A DNA stretch of 64,000 nt. It comes from Nannocystis bainbridge. GTDB taxonomy: Bacteria; Myxococcota_A; Polyangia; Nannocystales; Nannocystaceae. The stretch is from positions 2,720,001 through 2,784,000 of the forward strand of contig NZ_JAQNDL010000003.1 in the NCBI RefSeq assembly GCF_028368995.1. The letters are read 5' to 3'. The notes under the pieces are model-generated. The model did not search any database and was not told where the DNA came from. It saw only the letters and a list, made by a program, of their open reading frames with translations. Position numbers and translations under genes: made by a program. This document shows, one piece after another, positions 1 to 9,180 of the stretch (the stretch's first letter is position 1; every line of letters begins with the position of its first letter).

Positions 1-760
<760 letters not shown>

Positions 761-1340
761 GGCCGGCAGCATAAGAGAATTCGGGCCCGCGGCGCCATCG
801 CGCGTCCGCTCACGCTGATGCGCCCAGCAGCGCCCCGCGAGCCCTGCGAGCACGCGTCCGCGCGAGCGCGCCGGGCCGCACCCGCGGCCGGCCCCGCGCT
901 GTCCGCTCCCCCTTGACGGCGCGACCCGCACCCGGAGATCGCCGCACCTCCGCCGGCAGACCCCCGCCTGCGGCCGCGCCGGATGGCGCGCTCGGTCCCC
1001 GCGCGCCCGCGTGCCCGCGGCGCCGACGTCCGCCGCCGCCTCCGACCGCCGCCCCGTCCGGGCCTGTCCCTTCGGACATCCGGTCTCCGCGCTCCCTGAC
1101 CGCATTTCACAATGCGCCGATCTTGCGTGACACCGGCGCAGCGGTGAATCAAAGCAGTTTGTTCTCAGCACATTGATCCGCGTCCGCGCGCGCCCCCGCC
1201 CGTCGCTCGCAGGCCCCAATCCATCCGCGTCTGCGCATTTCGTCGCCACGAATACGGCGTTCCTCGCGATCGCTCGTTCCCCGCCGCGTCCGTTCGCGCT
1301 TGAATGTAGCGAGACGCGAGCCTATCCTCGCCGCGGTCGG

Positions 1341-1732
1341 ATGGACGAATCGATGATGACGCTGCGACGTCTGCTCGCGGTCCACGACGAGGCCATCATC
1401 GACGCCGGCCTGGCGTGGGTGCGCCAGGCCGGCGCGCTCGACCTCGCGGAGCGGCCGCTCGCCGAGGCCCGGGCCCTGGTCGCCGACAGCGGCTCCTTCG
1501 CGTTCCACCCCGCGGGTTCTTCGCTCCGCATCTCCACCCCGCTGCGCCGCTCCTTCGCATTCCACCCCGCCGGTTCTTCACCCCCGCGCGCGGCACCGGC
1601 GGCAGCGGGCTCGCGCTCCACATCGTCCTCCACCCTGTCACCGAGTTGCTGGGCGGCACCATTCACCTCGACCCCGCGCCCGAGCGCGGCGCTCGCTTCA
1701 ACGTCCGCTTCCCCCCCGAGGCCGGCGCATGA
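1341..1732 (+). pseudogene. Degenerate sensor histidine kinase remnant
   Basis: The ATG-1341 frame reads like a protein N-terminus (MDESMMTLRRLLAVHDEAII...). A different frame encodes an HATPase C-terminal remnant (FFTPARGTGGSGLALHIVLHPVTELLGGTI...GARFNVRFP) similar to the end of the next kinase. No H-box or N-box; 57-bp internal duplication at the junction. Confidence 0.6.
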
Positions 1733-3258
1733 CCCCTCCTGAAACGCGAACTTGCTCGATTCGGACCCCCTCTGCCCCGCTCGTGCCCCACCTCGGTCGC
1801 CTCGAGCTCGACCCGCGGCTGGTCGTCCGCAGCTTCGACGCCGGCTTCGCCGCGCTCGCGGGCGAGCGCGCCGACGAGGTCCTCGGGCGCCCGCTCGACG
1901 CCCTCTTCAGCGTCCGTGACCGCCGGGGGATCCGCCGCTTCGACGAGGCCATCAGCCACAGCGACGCCCGCCACATCGACCTCCACATCGACCTTCACCT
2001 CGGCGCCCGCGACGTCCTCGCCCGCCTCCTCCTCTCGCGCACCGATGTCGGCTGGCTCGCCTTCGTCGAGGATCTCGGCGGCGCCGGCAACCTCGTGTCC
2101 GAGCTGGCCCACAGCCGCGAGCTGTGGCGCGAGGTCGTGCATCAATCGGCCGAGGGCGTCGCCGTGCTCGGCAGCGACGGCCGCCTGCTCGAGTACAACC
2201 CCGCCTTCTTCCGCCTGCTCGACCTCCGCTCGACCCGCAACATCGCCCTCAGCGAGGAGGCCGTGCGCGGCGCCCCGCTCGTCGACCTGCTGCTCGACGA
2301 CTCGCTCGCCCCTCTGCGCGAGCACCTCGCCGGCAGCGGCGGGCTCGCCCGCGAATTGCAGCACCGCAGTCGCTGCCTCGAGTTCGCCGTTCGCCCGCTC
2401 GCCTTGCCGCGCCAGCGGTTCGCCGGCGTCTGGCTGGCCTTGCGCGACATCACCGAGCGGCGCCGCGCCGAGCGTCTGCGGGCCGCCCTCGACGCCGCCC
2501 GCGAGGAGCTCTTGCTCAAGGAGAAGCTCGCCGCGCTCGGCGGCCTCGTCGACGGCATCGCCCACGAGCTCGGCGACCCGCTCGGCGTCGCCGTCACCGC
2601 CGCCGGCCTCGCCCGCGATCAGCTGCACGAGCTGCGCGCCTCGTTCGAGGCCGGCATCCTGCGCCAGCGCGACATGCGGCACCACCTGCAGCAGGCCCTG
2701 GCCGCCGCCGACCTCGCCCTCGCCAACCTGCGCCGCGCCGCCGCCCTCGTCGCTGGCGTCAAGCGGGTCGCCGTCGACAGCTCCGAGACAATTCGGAGGG
2801 ACATGTCCGTCGGGACATATGTCAATACCATCGTCGCCGGCCTGAGCCCGTGGACCGCCGGCACCCCGCACCGCGTCCACGTCGAACTGCGCGCCGACCC
2901 GCTCGTCTCCGTGTTCCCGGCCGCCCTGGCGCAGATCGTCACCAACCTGGTCCACAACGCCCTGACTCATGCCTTCCCTGCCGGTCGCCCCGGTCGCATC
3001 GTCGTGTGGGTCGACGTCGCCGGCGACAAGGTCGAGATAGGCTGCCGCGACGACGGCGTCGGCATGACCCCCACCACCTTGCCGCGGATCTACGAGCCCT
3101 TCTTCACCACCACCCGCGAGCACGGCACCGGCCTCGGCCTCTACATCGTCCACAACCTCGTCACCGACCTCCTGCGCGGCACCGTCGTCGCCCGCTCCAC
3201 CCCCGAGCGCGGCACCACCGTGGTCATCCGCTTCCCCGCCCGCCCCGCAGACCCGTGA
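1729..3258 (+). CDS. PAS-domain sensor histidine kinase
   Basis: PAS-like segments; H-box GIAHELGDPL, N-box QIVTNLVHNA, G1 DDGVGM, F EPFFTT, G2 GTGLGL. Confidence 0.93.
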   Translation: MTPPETRTCSIRTPSAPLVPHLGRLELDPRLVVRSFDAGFAALAGERADEVLGRPLDALFSVRDRRGIRRFDEAISHSDARHIDLHIDLHLGARDVLARLLLSRTDVGWLAFVEDLGGAGNLVSELAHSRELWREVVHQSAEGVAVLGSDGRLLEYNPAFFRLLDLRSTRNIALSEEAVRGAPLVDLLLDDSLAPLREHLAGSGGLARELQHRSRCLEFAVRPLALPRQRFAGVWLALRDITERRRAERLRAALDAAREELLLKEKLAALGGLVDGIAHELGDPLGVAVTAAGLARDQLHELRASFEAGILRQRDMRHHLQQALAAADLALANLRRAAALVAGVKRVAVDSSETIRRDMSVGTYVNTIVAGLSPWTAGTPHRVHVELRADPLVSVFPAALAQIVTNLVHNALTHAFPAGRPGRIVVWVDVAGDKVEIGCRDDGVGMTPTTLPRIYEPFFTTTREHGTGLGLYIVHNLVTDLLRGTVVARSTPERGTTVVIRFPARPADP

Positions 3259-3437
3259 ATCACGACACCCGCCGAGCAGCCCTCTCCGACGCTCCACCCG
3301 CAGGTCCACGATTCCTCGCCGCTCGTTACCTCCGACCCTCCTCGTCGCAACCAACCCGCGCCCTTGATGCGACCTGCTCGAGTATATTAGCCATGCCTTC
3401 GCGGCCTCGTGGACCGCTCTTCGCTCGCCCGTCCGCC

Positions 3438-4190
3438 ATGCTCTTCGACGCCCACCTCCACATCATCGAACCGCGCTTCCCGCTCGTCCCCAATCAAGGC
3501 TGGCTGCCCGCTGCTTTTGATGTCCCCGAGTACATGTCCCATGCGACAGCCATGGGCATCACTGGCGGCGCCGTCGTGTCCGGCTCGTTCCAGGCGTTCG
3601 ACCAGTCGTACCTCGAGGACGCCCTCGCCCGGCTCGGCCCCACCTACGTCGGCGTCACCCAGCTCCCGGCCGACGTCCCGGACGCCGAGGTCGTGCGACT
3701 GAACCATCTCGGCGTCCGGGCCGTGCGCTTCAACCTGCGTCGCGGTGGTTCGGCCGACCTCGCCGACCTCGAGACCCTCGCCCGCCGCGTCCACGACCTC
3801 GCGGGATGGCACACCGAGCTCTACGTCGATTCGTCCGACCTGTCGGAGCTCGCGCCGCGACTGCGTGCGCTGCCCCGGGTCAGCATCGATCACCTCGGCC
3901 TGTCGGCGGCCGGTCTGCCGACCTTGCTCGCGCTGGTCGAGCATGGCGTGCGCGTCAAGGCCACCGGCTTCGGCCGCGTCGACTTCGAAGTGGCTGACGT
4001 CCTGCGCCAGATCTCCGCCATCGACCCTCACGCCCTCATGTTCGGCACCGACCTGCCCTCGACCCGCGCCCCGCGGCCCTTCACACCCGCGGACCTCCCT
4101 CTTTTAAAAGAGGCCCTGAGCCCCGAGCTGTCACGCCGCGCCCTCTACGACAACGCGATCGCCTGGTACCGCCCCGCCGCCCTCGCATAA
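3438..4190 (+). CDS. Amidohydrolase family protein (Amidohydro_2, lactonase-like)
   Basis: N-terminal FDAHLH metal-binding motif, GVRAVRFN, SIDHLG, LMFGTDLP; ATG at 3438. Confidence 0.9.
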   Translation: MLFDAHLHIIEPRFPLVPNQGWLPAAFDVPEYMSHATAMGITGGAVVSGSFQAFDQSYLEDALARLGPTYVGVTQLPADVPDAEVVRLNHLGVRAVRFNLRRGGSADLADLETLARRVHDLAGWHTELYVDSSDLSELAPRLRALPRVSIDHLGLSAAGLPTLLALVEHGVRVKATGFGRVDFEVADVLRQISAIDPHALMFGTDLPSTRAPRPFTPADLPLLKEALSPELSRRALYDNAIAWYRPAALA

Positions 4191-4196
4191 TCACTG

Positions 4197-4575
4197 CTCG
4201 CCCGTTCGTACTGAATCACGCTGCGCCACTGTGCCTCCTCCGTTCCGTGCTGCTCACCCCGCAGCGTTGCGCCTCGCCCGTTCATGCCAGTCACCCCGCG
4301 GCGTTGCGCCTCCTCCGTCCGCGCTGGTCACCCCGCGGCATTGCCCCTCCGTTCTTGCTGGTCCCCTGCGGTCATGCACCTCGCCCGTTCGTGCTGCTCA
4401 CCCCCGCGGCGTTGCGCCTCGCCCGTTCGTGCCAGTCACCCCGCGGCGTTGCGCCTCGCCCGTTCGTGCCAGTCACCCCGCGGCGTTGCGCCTCCTCCGT
4501 CCGTGCTGGTCCCCCCGCGCCGTTACGCTTCCTCCGTTCGTGCTGGTCCCGCTGCGGTCATGCACCTCGCCCGCT
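4197..4575. repeat. About 10 degenerate tandem copies of a ~37-bp unit
   Basis: Unit CTCGCCCGTTCGTGCCAGTCACCCCGCGGCGTTGCGC, head-to-tail without spacers, between convergent genes. Confidence 0.9.
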
Positions 4576-4583
4576 CGCGCCGC

Positions 4584-6500
4584 TCACGTCGGCTCCTCGC
4601 GCAGCCTCCCGTTCGCCAACCGCACCGTTCGGCCTGCGCACAGCCCCACGAAGCGCGCGTCGTTCGTGGCCACCAGCGCCGCCCCGCCCGCGGCCGCGTG
4701 CTCGCGCAGCATCGTCGCCATCAGCGCGCCGCCGGCCGGATCGAGGCCATTGCTCGGCTCGTCGAGCACCCATAGCGGCGGCGCCCCGATCGTCGCCGCC
4801 GCCAGGTACGTCCGCTTCACCTGGCCGAAGGACAACGTGCGCATCCGCTGCTCCATCACTGGCGTCAATCCCAGGCGCTCGCACAGCGCCGGGCTCGGCG
4901 GCGGCGCGCGCTTGATCACAGCGACCAGCGCCAGCAGCTCGCGCACTCCCAGGTCCGGGAACGCATCCGCCGTGTCGGGCGCATAGGCCAACGCTCGCCG
5001 CCCTTCGGCGCCTCCGTCCAGCGCTGCCCCGGCCACCGTCACCTGCCCGCGATCGGGTTCGACCAGCCCGGCCGCGATCCGCAGCAGCGTCGACTTGCCG
5101 GCCCCGTTCTCGCCCAGCAGCAGCACCACCTCGCCGGCGGCGCAGCGCAGATCGATCTCCTCCAGCACGATCCGGGTCCCCAGCCGCTTGCGCACACCGA
5201 TCATCGCCAGCACCACCGCCGCACCTCCAGCTGCTCGCCCATCGCGGCTGACCGATCGGGCATGTCCGAACAACCATATCACCGCCACCGCCAGCGCCCA
5301 CGCCAGCATTGCCAGCGTCGGTTGCCACGCCAGGGTGGCCAGCGCCAGCGTCGCCGCCAGCAATAGCACCAGCACCAGTCGCCCCGGCCCCCGGCTGCCG
5401 AATCGCTCCGTCCAGCGCCCCGCCAGCCCGGCGAAGGTCAGCAGACTCGCGCCCGCCAGCCCCCCCGCCAGCAGCAGCCGCGGCGCCGACGACCACTCCG
5501 TCGCCAGTGCCAGCGCGGCCGCGCTGGCGACCCCGAGTCCGGCTCCCAGCCCCGCCAACGCCAGCGCCATCGCCCCGCGCCGGATCGGCCCCGACGCCCC
5601 CGCCGTCCGCAGCAACCACAGCGCCCCGGCCTCGAGCCGCAGCAGCGGCCCGCTCGCCGCCGACCCTGCGACCAGCCCCGCCGGCACCATGAAGCCGCAC
5701 AGATAGTGCTGCAGCCCCGACGGATCGCGCACCGCATTGGTGCGCGCCGCCAGCCACGCCGCCGCCGTCGCCAGCGCCATCATCAGCGCTCCGCGGGCCA
5801 GCACCGTCGCGTGCCCGCGGGCCACACTCGTCAGCAGCGCCTGCGCCAGCATCCACGGCCCTGGCAGCCGCCGCGACAGACCGCGCCCGCCTGACGAGCG
5901 CGTCGGCGCCGCCAGCCACGCCGCGCGCAACGCCAGCAGCGCGATCGGCCAGCTCACCACCGCCAGCACCAGCGGCGGAGCCAGGACCAGACCTGCCACC
6001 ACCGCCATCACCGCGGCCCATCCGCGCGCCCCCGCCGGTCGTGCCAGCAGCACCCCGTGCCCCGCCAGCGCCCCGCCGAGCGCGCCTGCGGCCGCCACCG
6101 GCCCGCCCCCCAGCGCCCAGAGCAGCCCCCACAGCGACTCGGCCACCAGCGAGAAGCCCAGCAGGATCGCCAGGTGCCACCCGCGCCGCGCCGGCAGTGA
6201 GCGCAACCACAAGCTCGACCTCGACTGCCACAGCGCCGCCATCGTCGGCGCCAGCGCGATCAGCCACGCGCACCACAGCAGCGCCCGCGCCAGCGGCGAC
6301 GCCCCTGCGCCCTCGACCACCGTCGCCGTCGTCAACCCGTTGCCGCCGAACAACAGCCCCGCCACCGCCACGAGCCCGACGTACACCGGCAGCCCACGAC
6401 GCGACGCCTCCTGACCCGCCGTCAGCGCGAGCGCCCGGGCCAGCGCCCACGCTGCGGGCAGTTCGGCGAGGACGCGCGCGACCGCCACGCGCCTTGCCAT
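4584..6500 (-). CDS. Multi-pass membrane domain fused to a C-terminal ABC ATPase
   Basis: About 400 hydrophobic aa, then Walker A GENGAGKST, signature LSFGQVKR, Walker B WVLDEP, all in one frame; start uncertain (6500 or up to 6758). Confidence 0.8.
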   Translation of the reverse strand: MARRVAVARVLAELPAAWALARALALTAGQEASRRGLPVYVGLVAVAGLLFGGNGLTTATVVEGAGASPLARALLWCAWLIALAPTMAALWQSRSSLWLRSLPARRGWHLAILLGFSLVAESLWGLLWALGGGPVAAAGALGGALAGHGVLLARPAGARGWAAVMAVVAGLVLAPPLVLAVVSWPIALLALRAAWLAAPTRSSGGRGLSRRLPGPWMLAQALLTSVARGHATVLARGALMMALATAAAWLAARTNAVRDPSGLQHYLCGFMVPAGLVAGSAASGPLLRLEAGALWLLRTAGASGPIRRGAMALALAGLGAGLGVASAAALALATEWSSAPRLLLAGGLAGASLLTFAGLAGRWTERFGSRGPGRLVLVLLLAATLALATLAWQPTLAMLAWALAVAVIWLFGHARSVSRDGRAAGGAAVVLAMIGVRKRLGTRIVLEEIDLRCAAGEVVLLLGENGAGKSTLLRIAAGLVEPDRGQVTVAGAALDGGAEGRRALAYAPDTADAFPDLGVRELLALVAVIKRAPPPSPALCERLGLTPVMEQRMRTLSFGQVKRTYLAAATIGAPPLWVLDEPSNGLDPAGGALMATMLREHAAAGGAALVATNDARFVGLCAGRTVRLANGRLREEPT

Positions 6501-7467
6501 CGCAGGACCCGCGGCGCCTGTCAATGCCGGCCCGTCCCCGCGTCGCCCTGCTCGCTCCACCTCGGGAGCCTTCTCCGGCGCGCGTCGCCTGACCATCATC
6601 CTCCGCGCGGAGACTCTGGCCGACCCGATCTTCTTCCTCGATCGACCTCGCCCCGTCGGGGTCGACCTCGCAGCCGCGTCCATGGGCGCTCGCCGACGTC
6701 CCCGTCGCTCCCTCCACGCTGCCCTGACCGCGCAAGCGACCACCGAGGAAGCAGGCAAAAAGCCGTTGCAGGCGCGAACGGACGGTCACGAAAACATCCA
6801 CGACGAGCGCTCCATCGATTCCTCGTTGGGTCTACACGCATACCATTGCCCTCGCAACGCCCGCTGGTCGTGAGTCCCAGCCACAACTCGATTTGGCCCC
6901 TCACCATCGCAGCAGGGCCAGCCCAACCGAGATTGGTGAGCCAATGCAATCTCTCGCCCTGGACCTTCGACGACGGCGACCGCATCCTGCTGAGCCGGCT
7001 CGCCCGCGATCTTCCACTCCCGACAATCGAATGCCACGGATCACCGCCTATGTACATTGTGCAGCCACGACCGCGACGACCTCGTCACCCCGCGAGCGCC
7101 GGCCGACGAGCACCTACATTGTCGACATCGACCCACCGCCAGACCCCAATTTCGCCCCACGCGGCCCCCGCCTCGCTTTCAGGGTCTGGCGCTGGCGCCG
7201 AGCTGACTACCTGCGCGGCCCTCCGCGGCCCACTCCGCGTGCGCACAATCGCTCGACTCAGCCCCTCCCGGACACCGCGAATTGCGCACTCTGAAGACGG
7301 CGCCAATCCCGCAGCTACCGCAGCCGGCGCAAACCTGGCTACGACCCGTTTACGGGGCCCCTCGTAGAATTGTGCGCGGCGCACGCAGCGCGATTGCTCT
7401 TCTCCCTGGGCAGTCCATGCAGGGGGTCCAGGGTGGCGTACGCGTCCCCGTGCCCACCGAGGATTCC

Positions 7468-7638
7468 ATGCGTGATCACAACCATACCCCTCAAGCCCCC
7501 TACCACCGGGAACACCCGAACATCCCGCTGTCGATGACGGCCGCGGACAGCGCCCCGTATACGGCCGCGTCCAGCTTCTCGCCGTGGGGCGGCGACGATT
7601 TGGAAGAGTGCGAAGAGGAGCCGTGCGCCTGGTCGTGA
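7468..7638 (+). CDS. Possible 56-aa small acidic protein
   Basis: GAGGA 4 nt upstream of the ATG; MRDHNHTPQAPYHREHPNIPLSMTAADSAPYTAASSFSPWGGDDLEECEEEPCAWS. Confidence 0.4.
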   Translation: MRDHNHTPQAPYHREHPNIPLSMTAADSAPYTAASSFSPWGGDDLEECEEEPCAWS

Positions 7639-7805
7639 CTGGCCTCTGGGCCAGGTCCTCGAGGACAGGCCCCTCTCGCGAGCCCGGCGCGTGAATTCCA
7701 AGGCGCGTCCGGCGATCGGGCGAAATTGCGCCAATTGACGAGAAGCTGGTCGTAAAGGGCGTCCAGACGATTGACAAGCGGTGGCCCGTCGGACGAATTG
7801 GGGCC

Positions 7806-8960
7806 GTGCAGTCCGTCACGCCCCTCACTGTGCGCATCCGCCGCGCGTTCTCTCGGCTGTTCGATTCGCGGCGGATCGGCCGCAGCATCGCCCTCGGCGC
7901 TGCGCTGTCCGTGCCGCTGATCGCTTGCACCTCGCTGACCCTCACTCGCCTGAATTCGGCGCAGAAGAAGCCCAACAACGTGTGGGTATTCTTCACCGTC
8001 GAGCAGAACGAGGAGCCGGTCGCAGGCCTCCAGGCCGAGGACTTCCAGATCTACGAAGACGGCGATCTGGTCTCGACCTACGAGAGCAAGCAGGTCATTC
8101 AGAACCCCGAGGTCGCGGCGGTCATGTACACCATGCTGCTGCTCGACGTGTCGGGCTCCGTGTCCGAGTCCGGCTCGGCGGACCAGTTGGTCGACGCCGC
8201 GCAGCTGTTCACCGACCGCGTCGGCAAGACCCAGAAGGTCGGCGTCTACGCGTTCGACGGTGAGAAGGAGCTGCACTCGGTGACGCCCTTCACCGAGTCG
8301 GAGGGCGCCGTCTCGGGCGGCCTCGACGGCCTGCGGACCTACAAGCCCAAGGACCCCTCGACCAACCTTCACGGTGCGGTCATGGAGGGGCTCAAGGAGC
8401 TCAAGAAGTCGCTCGACAAGGAGAAGAAGCCGCTCAAGTTCGGCACCCTCGTCGTGTTCACCGACGGCACCGACCGCGCCGCCCGCTTCTCGCGCGAGGA
8501 CATGAAGGGCGAGCTGCTGAAGGAGCAGTACAAGGACTACGAGATCTACGCGATCGGCGTCGGCGCGGAGATCAAGAAGGCCGGCCTCGGCGACATCGGC
8601 CGCGACGGCACCGAGCTGGCGACCGAGCAGACCGGCGTCAAGACGGCCTTCGAGAAGGTCGCCGACCGCATCGAGCGCCACACCAAGCGCTTCTACCTGC
8701 TGTCCTACTGCACCCCGGCGCGCAAGGGCACCCACACCGTCCGCATCGTCGCCAACAGCAAGAGCCCCAAGGGCTCCGGCCAGCTCGAGTGGGACTTCAA
8801 CGCCGACGGCTTCGGCCCCCCGCCTGAGTGCGACCCCAACACCCCGCCCGTGTTCCCGCTCAAGACCGGCGAGATCGTCGACACCGGCAAGATCCAGGGC
8901 GACAGCGGCAGCGGCGGCAAGGTCAAGGTCAAGGCCAGCGCCTCCGCCTCGGCCGGTTAA
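7806..8960 (+). CDS. VWA-domain probable lipoprotein
   Basis: Lipobox-like LIAC; MIDAS DVSGS, STNLHGA, VFTDG; strong GC3 bias. Confidence 0.88.
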   Translation: MQSVTPLTVRIRRAFSRLFDSRRIGRSIALGAALSVPLIACTSLTLTRLNSAQKKPNNVWVFFTVEQNEEPVAGLQAEDFQIYEDGDLVSTYESKQVIQNPEVAAVMYTMLLLDVSGSVSESGSADQLVDAAQLFTDRVGKTQKVGVYAFDGEKELHSVTPFTESEGAVSGGLDGLRTYKPKDPSTNLHGAVMEGLKELKKSLDKEKKPLKFGTLVVFTDGTDRAARFSREDMKGELLKEQYKDYEIYAIGVGAEIKKAGLGDIGRDGTELATEQTGVKTAFEKVADRIERHTKRFYLLSYCTPARKGTHTVRIVANSKSPKGSGQLEWDFNADGFGPPPECDPNTPPVFPLKTGEIVDTGKIQGDSGSGGKVKVKASASASAG

Positions 8961-8991
8961 CTGAGCCGCGCGCGCTCGCGTCAGCGCCGAG

Positions 8992-9022
8992 AAGGGCATG
9001 TCCTCGCGGACATGCCCTTTTT
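8992..9022 (+). terminator. Possible intrinsic terminator overlapping a 14-bp motif array
   Basis: Perfect 12-bp stem AAGGGCATGTCC/GGACATGCCCTT with TCGC loop and a short T run, ~30 nt after the stop codon. Confidence 0.5.
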
Positions 9023-9068
9023 GACATGGTCAAAAGAGCATGTCTCAGAGGGCATGACCATTCAGACA
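8999..9068. repeat. Five-unit phased array of the 14-bp TGTCC-N4-GGACA palindrome
   Basis: TGTCC-TCGC-GGACA|TGCCC-TTTT-TGACA|TGGTC-AAAA-GAGCA|TGTCT-CAGA-GGGCA|TGACC-ATTC-AGACA. Confidence 0.9.
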
Positions 9069-9180
9069 TGTCACGACATTGCGCGCCATGCATCACCCCG
9101 ACGCGCCCGAGCCGCCTCGACGCGCGCGTGATTCCAGCGCCCGCTTTTTGATAAAGCGAGAGAGAGTCTTTGGGACAGGC

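Noticed and set aside
1065-1078. Motif read as a cUUCGg RNA tetraloop hairpin or terminator family
   Set aside because: The pairing stem is TGTCC/GGACA around CTTC, not around TTCG. Five-bp stems without U-tracts inside genes are poor terminators; only the 8992 copy looks terminator-like.
4197-4575. Possible CRISPR array (37-bp period)
   Set aside because: Units are contiguous and degenerate, with no unique spacers and no cas genes in the window.
6760-7460. Lower-GC stretch with several short ORFs
   Set aside because: No recognisable domain, codon bias, terminal repeats or RNA structure that I can support.
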